Under the pieces are notes generated by a model, which had not been told where the DNA came from, ran no database searches, and saw only the letters and a list, made by a program, of their open reading frames with translations. Position numbers and translations under genes: made by a program. DNA of 57,843 nucleotides, counting the filler, from Stramenopiles sp. TOSAG23-2 (taxonomy: Eukaryota): assembly GCA_900128395.1 (NCBI GenBank). It is 4 parts of 4 records of this genome, joined end to end, with 100 filler letters (N's around TTAATTAATTAA, not from the genome) between each part and the next. Parts side by side here need not be neighbours in the genome. Positions count along the whole stretch, not along the records: positions 43,475 to 57,843 come from LT649762.1; 3 more parts are not named here. The stretch is one strand, 5' to 3'. Positions 45,411-56,065 of the stretch are shown here, piece after piece. Numbering within the stretch: position 1 is the stretch's first letter; each line of letters starts with the position of its first letter.

Positions 45411-46226
45411 ATGGAGGTGACCAATTTTCTCAGTGTAAAACAAGAAGGTAACGATGGAAGCGGTGGTGTTGGTGGGTGGGCGAAATCTCCACCGATAAAA
45501 GATGATGCCTCCAATCATAAAGAAGTAATTTCTAAATTTCACATTGTTGAAAGACATTTATTATCTAGGTTATTATATCTAAACCCTGTCTGCATTTTAA
45601 GTACTACTTCGTTAGAAAAGAAGATAAATGTGATGGTATGTTCATGGTTAACCCCGATTGATAACATGGGTCGGTTTTTTATGTCTATAAAGAAAACGAG
45701 GCACACTGCGAAAATATTATTGGAACAATCGGTACATGAACGAATTTTTGGATTAAATATTTGCAATAATAAATTGCAAAATTTATTATTAGAGATTGGT
45801 TCCTGTTCAGGGAAAAATCTTAATAAAATTACAGAATTCAATATAGAGACATGCAAATTTGGATGGGGATTTATTGATGAAAATAACGGAGGAAAAGTAT
45901 TAAATGTGAAGCCTAACTTGCTACGAAAGGATTATAAATCATGTAATATAAAGGAAGTGAGAAAAAAAGTAGGTTGGTTAGGTTTTCAAAAATTAAAATT
46001 TATACAACAGTCTCCAGTGCATTTAATATGTAGGATCACATCGGTTGCTGCGGAGAATCATGAATGTGTCAACAATTGTATAGAGGAAGATATTGATCAT
46101 TATAAATTCTTCTGCGAAATTTTATTTGCATGCACAGATAAGAAGATTTTTGATTCAAATGTATACAATAAAGATTCTGAGTTGTTAACGTTTTTTGGAT
46201 CAAAAACGTTTGGTGTAGTAAAATAG
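45411..46226 (+). CDS. Flavin reductase-like (FMN-binding split barrel, DIM6/NTAB-type) protein
   Basis: RLLYLNPVCILST..INVMVCSW..MSIKKTRHT..FGLNI..IGSCSGKNLNK..HLICRI..DHYKFFCEI follows the Flavin_Reduct motif order. Confidence 0.8.
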   Translation: MEVTNFLSVKQEGNDGSGGVGGWAKSPPIKDDASNHKEVISKFHIVERHLLSRLLYLNPVCILSTTSLEKKINVMVCSWLTPIDNMGRFFMSIKKTRHTAKILLEQSVHERIFGLNICNNKLQNLLLEIGSCSGKNLNKITEFNIETCKFGWGFIDENNGGKVLNVKPNLLRKDYKSCNIKEVRKKVGWLGFQKLKFIQQSPVHLICRITSVAAENHECVNNCIEEDIDHYKFFCEILFACTDKKIFDSNVYNKDSELLTFFGSKTFGVVK

Positions 46227-46270
46227 TTTGTACATAAAAGTAGTACTTATAAAATATATTATATAAATTT

Positions 46271-46320
46271 TAATTAATGCATAATTTATTTTTTAATTTA
46301 CTCATGATAATTCCTACTCA
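46271..46320 (-). repeat. Dispersed AT-rich repeat copy
   Basis: 46271-46311 is 40/41 identical to 55947-55987, and its reverse complement matches 14518-14552. Confidence 0.75.
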
Positions 46321-46449
46321 TATAATATAAGAGAATTATTTTTATATTTATATTTGTTTTGTTTTTTTTAATTTTTTTTTTGTATTTAAAATAATATATA
46401 CGTATTTTATTTTTAAAAAAGAGAGAATTATTTATTTTTAAATGAATTA

Positions 46450-49287
46450 TCATCTTCCATGTATAACTGCTCGTGCTAAATGTGCATCATTAAGCCCTTT
46501 TAATAATTTGGCACGATATTTTTCCCACGCTTCCTTTCGTTTAATTTGCTCTCCAGGGTCTTCTAATACAGAAGTATGAGATCTTCCTCTTTTAGCTTTT
46601 ACATTAGCTCTCATTTTACTACGAATAGAAAAATTAGTTCTTCGAAAAAGGTCCACTTTATGAATGATCAAAACTTCTACTTGTGTATCAGCTACAATCG
46701 ATGCATTTGTCTTCCGTCTCACATGCACAACATGTCCAGTTTTTGGATCTTCTACACCTAATATATTTTCTTCACCAATGGTATCTCCAGGGAATAATGT
46801 ACATAACTCAACAGGTTCTTTTCGTCGTACTTTTTTTTGCTGTTTCTTGTTTCCTTTTTTCATGTTCTCATCATTACTATGATTATGTATTTCCTCTAAT
46901 TCAAAAGCTTCAACAGAATCAGGATGATGGGCATCATGCCGAGATGAATTCCAATTCTTTTTCGCTTTTGCAAGCTTTAAATGATCTTTAACTGCCTCAT
47001 CTCTCCTTATTTCCCATGTTATATCATGTTCACGCTCAACAGAATACTTGTTACCTTGACTGTGCCTGGAGGATACTAATGCTAAATTTTCAACAGTACG
47101 ACGCCTTTGTCGACGTTTACGATCCATTTTACTTGACAATGGCGATGTTGTCCCAACAACATTAGTTAAAGCTGCATCATGAGTATGATCAACAGCATGA
47201 TTATTACGAATGGCTAAATTTTTCACAACGCGACATTTACCAGTGCGTATAATTCTTAAATTGTGATAATCTTGTCCCTCAGCTAATAATATTGAATCAC
47301 AATTATGATGTTCTCTTTCCACGATCCCAGCCAACGATTTTAAATCTTCATCGTTTATGCTGCGTAACAAATCAACATTTTTTAGAAATTTCCAAGTCTT
47401 TTCTATTTCCTCCTCATGTTGTTGTTTTAAAATCAAGTCAAAATCTTCTTTTCCAACTGTTAGGAGGATACTTTTACCACTTGATACACATGTCGCTCTT
47501 CTAGGAGCATTTTCGGTTAAAGCTAATTCACCAAACGAATCACCAATATGTAATGTAGTTATATATACCATTTCTTTTTCGTCTTTAGTCGTAAATTTTT
47601 TTACGTTTTTCTTATCAAGCAATATATTACGCCACAAAGTTTCCCATGTCATATTATTTTCCGATAATTCTTTAGTAGTAGTATTATTATTAGTAGTAGT
47701 AGTATCCTTACTACTATCATCAATGGAAGCTTCTTCATTATCGTCTTTTAGCGTTTCCTCCTCCTCCTCATCTCCTTGCTGTTGAATATTTGTATGTTCT
47801 CGCTCTGAACTGATACGATGATGTCTTGATTGCATATGTAGAGAAATTTTTCCTACGACAATCACGTAAAATAAATGTCCCTCTTCTCCTTGATCAAATA
47901 ATATATCGCCATCATGTAATGTTACGCATATCATTTTACGACAAAGTTTTTTATGATTTTCTTGTGACAATTTCTTGAAAACTGGCACGTTCACAGTTAA
48001 ATCTAATAAAACCTTTAAATCATCCTCACTTCGATGTGTACCTTGTTTTTGCAAACTTTTTAGCGCTTCTTGAAAATACTCAGATAAATGACTTAAATCA
48101 CCTTCTTTTTTTAATTGATCAATTCCTATTGATTTCTGTTCATAATTCGCACTTTGTTTCTTTAAATCATATACTGGTCCGGTGGAAAAAAATTCAGTAC
48201 CTCCGTTTCCTTTATGATTTAACACGTTTCCAAATCTTTCAGCACCATGTTTTGCTTTTAGAGCTTCTAATTTTGCATAATCTCTAGACGCTTCGAAAAA
48301 TTGATTACTTAAGCGATAGGACATTGCTCGTGTTAATATAATAGAAGCATGCAATGGCATGTTAGATTCAATGAATGCATCTCGCTCCTTTAGATCTTTC
48401 CAAGTGTGATAATGATCCTTTGGTAAATGTTCAAAACATTCCAATGCTTTACTCAATGCTTCAATAGACTTACTAGTATTGTGTAATTTTTGATGTGCTA
48501 GACCTAAATTATACCATCCAAAGGGTGTTGTTGGATTGATCTCAGCAGCACGTTGGAAATCAACAGTTGCACGCTCAATTCGGCCAATACGACACAAACA
48601 ATATCCACGGTTTAATAATGCCCTTACATCTTGTTTGTAATGTGCTAATGCACTTGTATAATGTTTGATAGCTGAACTATAATCCCCCCGTAATCGATTT
48701 TGATATGCGGCGAGGAAATAATATTGACCATTTCGTAGCCCACCAGAATGACCAGACGTAGGACGTACTTCTACTTCAGGTTCGTGAAATGTTAGAGTAT
48801 GTTTTATATGCTTAGCTGATTTTTCACGAGATGATGCCTCCCTCAGAGCTTGAGATATAAATTTCGATGGTTTGTTTTGATGATGACTTAAATTATCTTT
48901 TACATTATTATTTTTTACATATGTTTTTGTTTCCTTATTATATAATTTACGCCTACGTATAGTTGCACTTTGTATACGTCTTCTATCACGAGCTATTCCA
49001 GCACTTTTTGGCCTTCTACCAATTAGTATGTTGGGGGAAGATTTAATGTAAACAGCAGTCCTTTGTACATGAGCAGATTGAGGTCGATGCTTCTTGTAAT
49101 AATTATTGTTATTGAAAGTATTTTTATTATTAGTTGTTTGTTTCCATGAGTTATATGTTTTTGTTCGATCCCTTGAAATTGGGTTGTGAAACAATTCGGG
49201 TGTATACCGATTCAACCATTTCCTAGATTCACTCCGTAATGACAATTGTGCAGAAGATGGCCGTTGCCTGATATTACTAGTTGGCAT
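46450..49287 (-). CDS. TPR + two cyclic-nucleotide-binding-domain protein
   Basis: TPRs (ALLNRGYCLCRIGR, GWYNLGLAHQKL). CNB1 LFDQGEEGHLFYVIVVG...GDSFGELALTENAPRRAT. Split CNB2 LLAEGQ..IIRTGKCRV...GDTIGEE. N-terminal RPxSA motifs. Confidence 0.88.
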   Translation of the reverse strand: MPTSNIRQRPSSAQLSLRSESRKWLNRYTPELFHNPISRDRTKTYNSWKQTTNNKNTFNNNNYYKKHRPQSAHVQRTAVYIKSSPNILIGRRPKSAGIARDRRRIQSATIRRRKLYNKETKTYVKNNNVKDNLSHHQNKPSKFISQALREASSREKSAKHIKHTLTFHEPEVEVRPTSGHSGGLRNGQYYFLAAYQNRLRGDYSSAIKHYTSALAHYKQDVRALLNRGYCLCRIGRIERATVDFQRAAEINPTTPFGWYNLGLAHQKLHNTSKSIEALSKALECFEHLPKDHYHTWKDLKERDAFIESNMPLHASIILTRAMSYRLSNQFFEASRDYAKLEALKAKHGAERFGNVLNHKGNGGTEFFSTGPVYDLKKQSANYEQKSIGIDQLKKEGDLSHLSEYFQEALKSLQKQGTHRSEDDLKVLLDLTVNVPVFKKLSQENHKKLCRKMICVTLHDGDILFDQGEEGHLFYVIVVGKISLHMQSRHHRISSEREHTNIQQQGDEEEEETLKDDNEEASIDDSSKDTTTTNNNTTTKELSENNMTWETLWRNILLDKKNVKKFTTKDEKEMVYITTLHIGDSFGELALTENAPRRATCVSSGKSILLTVGKEDFDLILKQQHEEEIEKTWKFLKNVDLLRSINDEDLKSLAGIVEREHHNCDSILLAEGQDYHNLRIIRTGKCRVVKNLAIRNNHAVDHTHDAALTNVVGTTSPLSSKMDRKRRQRRRTVENLALVSSRHSQGNKYSVEREHDITWEIRRDEAVKDHLKLAKAKKNWNSSRHDAHHPDSVEAFELEEIHNHSNDENMKKGNKKQQKKVRRKEPVELCTLFPGDTIGEENILGVEDPKTGHVVHVRRKTNASIVADTQVEVLIIHKVDLFRRTNFSIRSKMRANVKAKRGRSHTSVLEDPGEQIKRKEAWEKYRAKLLKGLNDAHLARAVIHGR

Positions 49288-49817
49288 GATGGATCGCTTA
49301 ACTTGAATTTATTAATATGTATACGGTATCTCTATCTATATGTTCATTTTCATTTCTATTAATTTCCATTTGATATTTTCCTGTATTATTGTGTATTTTT
49401 TTATTGATTGATGGATGTGTAACGTCTTCAACAAGACCGATATATCTGATTGTTCATTGTGGCGTGATGTGTGTAATGCTATTTCCTCCTTATAATTGCA
49501 ATCTGAACTATTAATAATAAACATAAACATTTTGGAAAGTAAAAAAATTAAAAAATACGAATAAAATATCATAATCTGCTGTCGTCAGCTGTGTATTAAA
49601 ATTACCTGGTAAAGATATGAGTATGATGTACAAAATGATTAGATCTAATATTTCATATACGAACCGTATGTACAATATTTGTGTTTTTGACTCTCTCCAT
49701 TATACTCTCTCCAAATTATACACTCTCTCCATTTTTATAATTATTAATTTGTTCTTTAACAAAATGTGTATAAATATAATTTTTTTATTTGCTCCCTGCA
49801 TAAATTATAAATAAAAT

Positions 49818-52800
49818 TTATCGCGGGCCTTTGTTGGTGTTATTTCTTCTTGCTCTCGTTCTACTAGCAATAGTACTCTCTTCTGGTGTTGATGATAATT
49901 TGCTGCTACTTTTGTTTGGTGTTTTACCAGTTCTAGTCATCAATGATGTAAAGCCACGGAATGAACCTTTAATTGTACGAGCAAATTTTTTAGCACTAGA
50001 CCGTTGTTTCTTACTTTTACTTTTTTTCTTTTTTGGTGTATCCTCTGGTTCTACATCTCCAGAATCATCATCTTTTTTCTTCATGTTTTCAGCACCATCT
50101 GTTTGAACATTAATGATTGTGCTGGGATTAATATCACTTAATTTCTTTCTTTTCGATTTCCTTTTATTTTCGTTGCTGCTTCGTTTTTTGGAAGATTTAC
50201 TACTATTAATACTACTACCGATGGTATTGTTTTCAACATCATTTTGTTTTTTATCATTGAAATTTTTCAAGTCAGTCAACTCTTTCATACGAGCATTAAG
50301 ATGAACAACTTGATTTTCGCTTTCTTGAAGCTTACCTTTTAATTCTTTGTTTTCATGTTTAGATTTATTGATTTTTTCTTCTAACTTTTCAATCTTAGCA
50401 TCATATGTTTCATTCATTTCTACATATTTGTCATTTTCAGAAACTAATTCTGTTTGCAACTCTTGAATTGCAATTGTTTGCTCTTCAACTTGTTTCTTTA
50501 GGTCTTTTGTCTCATGTTGCAAATGCGTACTATGATTCTTTTCAATAGCGTTTTTCTGTTTTGTAACTGATTCTAATTGACTATTCAGAGCTGCAATTTT
50601 ATGTTCATATTCTTCTTCCTCTTTAACTTTCATAGATTTATAGGATTCCATTTCTTTAGTTTTAATATTTAATGCTTCTTGTGTTTCTTTAATTTTTTCA
50701 GCATAACTCATAGCAGTTGTTTGCAATTCTTTATTTTCATTTTCCATATCTACCATGCCTTGTGTAAACGTATTAAGTTCTTCTTCTTGAGAATTTTTCA
50801 ATATGCGTATTTTGTCAAGTGCATTTTGACGTTCTGTTTTGATAGTTTCCATTTCAGTTTCTAATATTTGAATTTTCATATTCAAATTTGCAGCATCATC
50901 GTTTGTTGCACAAATTTTTTGCTCAAGAACTTTTTTCAAACTATTAAGTTCTTTCTCTTGCGTTGATTTTAATGTTTCAACATCTTCTATACGTTTTTTT
51001 AATGTAGCATTTGTTTCTTCACATTTTTGTACAATAGAATCCACTTCTTTTTTTTCACTAGTTAACTTTTCAAACGAAGCTTTCAAGGTTTCATTTGATT
51101 TTTTAAGATTTGATACAATCGTACCATATTGAGTTTTCATATTAACGTTTTCTTCATTTTGTAAACTTTTTAACGAGTTAATTTCATTATTTTTTTCTTC
51201 TACAATTGCGTTCAATTTATTTTCCATCTCTTCAAATTTTAAAGCATTTGTTTGAATTGTTTTCTCTTGATCTGTTTTCATTTTCTTGATTTCATTTTGC
51301 TTATTTTCAATGTCTACATTTGCTAATTTAAGCTGATTCATCGTATTTTGCAATTTCACTTTATCAGACTCACTAGTTGAATTTGTTTGAGTTACACTAC
51401 TCTCTAACATCTGGATTTTTTCTTCATATTGTTTTTTGATCTCCGATTGGTTGCCTTTTAATATATCAAGTTCTTTGGCATGTGCCTCTCTCATACGATC
51501 CATTTCTTCTTCACACTCAGCGATTTGATTATCTAAACATTCAATTTCGTCTGCTTGTGAAGTACTGCTAGCATTTGAACCTGTTGAATCACGTCCACGT
51601 CCCACATCACTTAAACGAGCTAATGATAATTTTCTTTTCCATTTTGTTTCCATGTTACGCAATTGTTCCTCATAACGTAATTTATATTCTTCCTCAGTTT
51701 TTTCTAACCTATCTTGAAAATCTTGTGCCATGTCGTATCTGATTTCTGCTTCAACAGATCCTAATTCCGCTTGTAATTCTGCTATTTGTGCTTCCAATTT
51801 TTCGACCACCTCAGGAGCAACGCCTTGAATAATTACTGGTGCAGGAACTTTTGCCTTTCCTTCATCCTCTTCTTGAATTACCATAGGCATTGGTTTCTTA
51901 TTATTTTTCACTTTTCTTTGTGCTTTACCACCACCCATTTTTTTATCATTATTTACACGCCCACTAATAGTTTTTGCTCTCAATTCATCAGCAGATTGTT
52001 CAGCTGGACGTTTGCGCCTTCGTCCATCTAATCCATATTTTGTTAAACTTGCTAAACTTCTCCATGAATTTACTCTGGATTCTTTTTGCGCAACAGATAC
52101 GGAGCGTGCTATTGATGCATTTTTCAATACATGTAGTGTTTCATCAAAATCTTTCGCCTCCGTACTACAATTGACTACCATTGCAATGTTACTAATAACA
52201 TTGCCTGCAAATGATTCTTGAAATAACCGTGTTAAACGAGTTTCCCTAAATGGTACAATTCGATTTTGACTTTTAGAATGTGTTTGGTTCCATCTTAATT
52301 GCCTAATACAATGTATCAAATGCATCAAAGAAGAATTAATCTTACCGGCTTCCCTAACGCGTATCCCAGAACTTTTGGTACGATCACTACGTTCTGAACC
52401 AGCTAAATCAACAATGGACAATTTACCAGGTCTTTTTTGCCCTGGGAAACCAAAAATGGAAATTGTAAAGATGCTATGACTACGACTGGAATCAGAATTA
52501 AGTGCTGTTTCAGCAACTGCACGATTTTGAAGACCTTCCTTTGCAAGTTCTAAAGCCTTTTGACTATTGTGAACTTGAACATGTTTTAATCCTTTTACTA
52601 CAACACGGCCGCGTATTTCTTTCAAATGTAATTGTCGACGTCTCTCCCACGCATTCTTTGGCGCTGGTTCCAATAAATCATATATTTTTTCATTGTAGAT
52701 TTCTAAATACGAAACATTTATTTTAAAACCGTTGCTACTGCCACTATTACTATTGCTATTGCTACCACTACCATCAACAGTGCTACTACTTTGTTTTTCT

Positions 52801-53399
52801 TGTAGTGATGTAAATATTTTATCAAGTGAACGTGGTAATACACCTGGATTATGTTCTGAACCTTGAATGGTATATGTTTTACCAGCATTTGTCATACCGT
52901 ACGCAAATAAAAGGCCTTGCCCACCGTTTAATAACGTATCCACAAGTGGTTGAGAAACACTATTGAAAATCTGTTCTTGAGTTGTGCTTGTTGGATACAC
53001 TTGGGAAAATGTAAATTTCGTTTCGCGTTCACCCATTTTAAATGAATGTGAATCTGTTGGTGCAGTTGCAACAACATCTACGTCTGTTGCTGGGACAAGT
53101 GTCTCGTCCTCCGGTTTTGAACCAAGTTTTGGACGCAAACGCAGAAATACATCTACTAAATTCTTTTTTTTCTCATTTCTACCAGTTGATGTCTTCTTTT
53201 TCCCATTTCCGTTTGTTGTCGTCGTTGTCGTTGTGGTAGTAGTGGTAGTAGAAGTTGTTGTTGTATCAACATCTAAGGTTTTACTAAAACTTAAACGTTT
53301 CGCAGCTTCTTTTACGTCATCAACATGTACATATGTTGTAATTTCATCTTCACCACTTGGTGAAACAAGAGGCTGGTCATTGCTATTATTATTATCCAT
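49818..53399 (-). CDS. Kinesin, kinesin-6 (KIF20/KIF23-like) type motor with long coiled-coil stalk
   Basis: VFLRLRP, GLLFAYGMTNAGKTYT (P-loop of kinesin-6 type), SYLEIYNE, SSRSH, VDLAGSER and VPFRETRLTRLFQ. Loop 6 is only about 25 aa, shorter than in animal kinesin-6. Confidence 0.93.
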   Translation of the reverse strand: MDNNNSNDQPLVSPSGEDEITTYVHVDDVKEAAKRLSFSKTLDVDTTTTSTTTTTTTTTTTTNGNGKKKTSTGRNEKKKNLVDVFLRLRPKLGSKPEDETLVPATDVDVVATAPTDSHSFKMGERETKFTFSQVYPTSTTQEQIFNSVSQPLVDTLLNGGQGLLFAYGMTNAGKTYTIQGSEHNPGVLPRSLDKIFTSLQEKQSSSTVDGSGSNSNSNSGSSNGFKINVSYLEIYNEKIYDLLEPAPKNAWERRRQLHLKEIRGRVVVKGLKHVQVHNSQKALELAKEGLQNRAVAETALNSDSSRSHSIFTISIFGFPGQKRPGKLSIVDLAGSERSDRTKSSGIRVREAGKINSSLMHLIHCIRQLRWNQTHSKSQNRIVPFRETRLTRLFQESFAGNVISNIAMVVNCSTEAKDFDETLHVLKNASIARSVSVAQKESRVNSWRSLASLTKYGLDGRRRKRPAEQSADELRAKTISGRVNNDKKMGGGKAQRKVKNNKKPMPMVIQEEDEGKAKVPAPVIIQGVAPEVVEKLEAQIAELQAELGSVEAEIRYDMAQDFQDRLEKTEEEYKLRYEEQLRNMETKWKRKLSLARLSDVGRGRDSTGSNASSTSQADEIECLDNQIAECEEEMDRMREAHAKELDILKGNQSEIKKQYEEKIQMLESSVTQTNSTSESDKVKLQNTMNQLKLANVDIENKQNEIKKMKTDQEKTIQTNALKFEEMENKLNAIVEEKNNEINSLKSLQNEENVNMKTQYGTIVSNLKKSNETLKASFEKLTSEKKEVDSIVQKCEETNATLKKRIEDVETLKSTQEKELNSLKKVLEQKICATNDDAANLNMKIQILETEMETIKTERQNALDKIRILKNSQEEELNTFTQGMVDMENENKELQTTAMSYAEKIKETQEALNIKTKEMESYKSMKVKEEEEYEHKIAALNSQLESVTKQKNAIEKNHSTHLQHETKDLKKQVEEQTIAIQELQTELVSENDKYVEMNETYDAKIEKLEEKINKSKHENKELKGKLQESENQVVHLNARMKELTDLKNFNDKKQNDVENNTIGSSINSSKSSKKRSSNENKRKSKRKKLSDINPSTIINVQTDGAENMKKKDDDSGDVEPEDTPKKKKSKSKKQRSSAKKFARTIKGSFRGFTSLMTRTGKTPNKSSSKLSSTPEESTIASRTRARRNNTNKGPR

Positions 53400-53884
53400 G
53401 TCTCTTTTTTTTAAGAAAAGAAATCTGATTTATTGTAATAATTTGTTATTTGGAAATATAATACAATTATATATGTGGAAATATATAATACAATTATATA
53501 TGTCTACTTTCTCGTATATCTATATCTATCCATAATTATAGATTTGTACATTTTGGTCACTCAAATAATTGCTTCTTCCCCAACGTCCACCTCGTCACCT
53601 CGACACGTATAGGGGATTTAGAAGGTAAATAGCAGTTGGTAATGGAATTAGTATAGACATAGCATTAGATATGCCCTGGATCGATGAAAAAAATGATGTT
53701 GTTGTTGCAAAAAAAAAAAAAAAAAAAATCAAAACCAAAACCAAAACCCAATTTTATTGTGGTCTAGATAATACCAATATAATATGGTACATTTTTGGAT
53801 GGGAGATATATTGAGAGATAGATACAGATTATCATAGAATAATTCTTTCATGTGTGTGTGTATCTATAAATTTATATAAAAAGA

Positions 53885-55693
53885 ATGTCTATGAAAAATT
53901 GGAAACCAGATTTAAGAAAACCGCAACAATTAGGTGTTGTTGGTCTTGGTATCCGTTCGTTATTTAGCGTTTTTGTATTTTGGTGGATGGCCATTAGACT
54001 TGTCTTTTTTGTTATTTTTTTATTACCAGCATTTTTACGAATAGGTTGGTGGTATTTGTTTAACAAAAATATTCATAAGTCCTTGAAATATGGAGACAGG
54101 TTGAGACAAAACCTAGATGTATATATTCCAAACTCAATGAAATTATATAGCAACGATAAAATATCCAACAAGAAGAATGATTCTGTTCATAATAATAATA
54201 TAAACGAACTAACGGATGAAAAAACAAAAAAAGTCCCAGTTTTAATCTTTATTGGTGGTGGAGCATGGATTGTCGGTCATAAATGTTTTTGTGCATTGAT
54301 TGGTAAAATTTTTATGAGTCAAGACATTATAGTGGTTGCCCCAGATTATCGTCAGTTTCCACAAGTCCGAGCTGATGAAATGTTACAAGATATTGATACA
54401 GCTATTCAGTGGACAATTGATAATATACATATATATGGTGGTGATAAAGACTTGATTTTTTTATCTGGTCAAAGTGCTGGGGCACATTTAACCTCAACAT
54501 TAGTCTTAGAACATGCACGTACAGAATTTAAAGCTAGAAAAAATGCTATTAATGAGAAGGATATTAATGGATTAAATCGTCCAAGTGGTTTAGAATCAAT
54601 TGTCGAAGGTCCAGATGAAGATGAAGAATCATTTGATCGTGCAGATAATGAATTGAAAAAAATATTAAAACATCGACGAAGAAAATCCGAAACTGGTTCG
54701 CCAGAAATGTTGGATAAAATCATAGAGACAAATAAAAAAAACAACAAGAAAAATGTTGCAGAAGAAAATAGTAAAAAGAACGACAATAGTAACAAGAAAG
54801 ATGAATTAAAGCAGATTTTGCGAAAACGAAGAAGAAAATCAGAAACTGCTTCGTCTGTCTTGATAAAGGAAGGAGCAGAATCTAAAGCTGATGCTGTCCA
54901 TGGTAATATTAATGACGATAATAATAATAATGATGATGCAGAATTACGTAGTATGGCAAGGAAAAAAAGTGTTGAAAAATTACATGCAAAAGAATTAAAA
55001 TGTCAGCCTTGGAAATTATCAAATATTAAAGGATATATTGGTATTTCTGGACCATACCATTTGCCTAAATTAAGGGAACATTTATTTGATAGAGGTATTG
55101 AACAATTATCATTCTTAACAAATATTGTAGGTGGGGAAAATAATGCGATATTGACCGATGAAGAACATGATGAAGTTTTAGATGGTTTAAGTCCTGCATT
55201 ACGATTACGTAGAGGTACATTTGAAGAAATGAAAATGACAAAATCATTTATTGATAACGTTTTCCCCAGGATATTGTTAATACATGGTGATTCCGATAAT
55301 GTAGTGCCGAAAGAAAGCACAAAAGAATTTGCAAAATCATTAAGAAATATAGGTGCTACCGTAACAGTTAAATATTTAGCAGGTGCCTCTCATACAGATC
55401 CTATTATTGAAGATTTATTATATGATGAAAGTAACGGGAAAGAAGCTGGTGCAATTAGCGAATTGATTGATATGATTCAATTGCATAGAAGTCTTCATAT
55501 GGCGGCTAAATCTGCTAGAAAACAAAGATCTATACTGGAAAATAACAGTCCAAGTAGAACAGGTAAAGGAAGAAGATCACCATCAATGCTTGCAGATGGT
55601 TTTGGTTTTGTTACTGAAGAAAGGGGCCGTGCTCCACAAGATTTTATACCACGAATATTAATACGAGCAGCAAGATTGGTCAATCCATTTTAA
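53885..55693 (+). CDS. Isoprenylcysteine alpha-carbonyl methylesterase (ICME/PCME)-like alpha/beta hydrolase
   Basis: N-terminal hydrophobic segment (FVIFLLPAF), YGDRLRQNLDVY, GGGAW oxyanion loop, PDYRQFP, GQSAG nucleophile, HGDSDNVVP, HTD, and terminal ARLVNPF. Confidence 0.88.
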   Translation: MSMKNWKPDLRKPQQLGVVGLGIRSLFSVFVFWWMAIRLVFFVIFLLPAFLRIGWWYLFNKNIHKSLKYGDRLRQNLDVYIPNSMKLYSNDKISNKKNDSVHNNNINELTDEKTKKVPVLIFIGGGAWIVGHKCFCALIGKIFMSQDIIVVAPDYRQFPQVRADEMLQDIDTAIQWTIDNIHIYGGDKDLIFLSGQSAGAHLTSTLVLEHARTEFKARKNAINEKDINGLNRPSGLESIVEGPDEDEESFDRADNELKKILKHRRRKSETGSPEMLDKIIETNKKNNKKNVAEENSKKNDNSNKKDELKQILRKRRRKSETASSVLIKEGAESKADAVHGNINDDNNNNDDAELRSMARKKSVEKLHAKELKCQPWKLSNIKGYIGISGPYHLPKLREHLFDRGIEQLSFLTNIVGGENNAILTDEEHDEVLDGLSPALRLRRGTFEEMKMTKSFIDNVFPRILLIHGDSDNVVPKESTKEFAKSLRNIGATVTVKYLAGASHTDPIIEDLLYDESNGKEAGAISELIDMIQLHRSLHMAAKSARKQRSILENNSPSRTGKGRRSPSMLADGFGFVTEERGRAPQDFIPRILIRAARLVNPF

Positions 55694-55910
55694 TTGAATC
55701 TTTATACATTTTAACGAAATATCAAGTGGGTGTGCGTGTAATATTAACAGTAATGCAAAAACCGCACAGTAATTTTTTTTTAATATCATATAGTTAGATA
55801 AAAATAGTACGACTCGTACATATAAAAAAACTTTATATAAATTATGTGTAAGAGAAATTTTTTACGAAAGTACGAGTATATAAAATTAAATGCGAGAAGT
55901 GTAAAATTAT

Positions 55911-55987
55911 TATAACTTTAGATTTTATAACCATCATTATATATCATAATTAATGCATAACTTATTTTTTAATTTACTCATGATAAT
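55911..55987 (-). repeat. Dispersed AT-rich repeat copy carrying both sub-motifs
   Basis: Contains TATAACTTTAGATTTTATAACCATC and TAATTAATGCATAACTTATTTTTTAATTTACTCATGATAAT in the same relative order as 14740-14889 (reverse strand). Confidence 0.7.
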
Positions 55988-56065
55988 ATATATATATTAT
56001 TTTATTTTTTTTTATATATGACACCTGCAAAAACATTTTCTCTCTACTTTGAGGTTACTCTTTTT

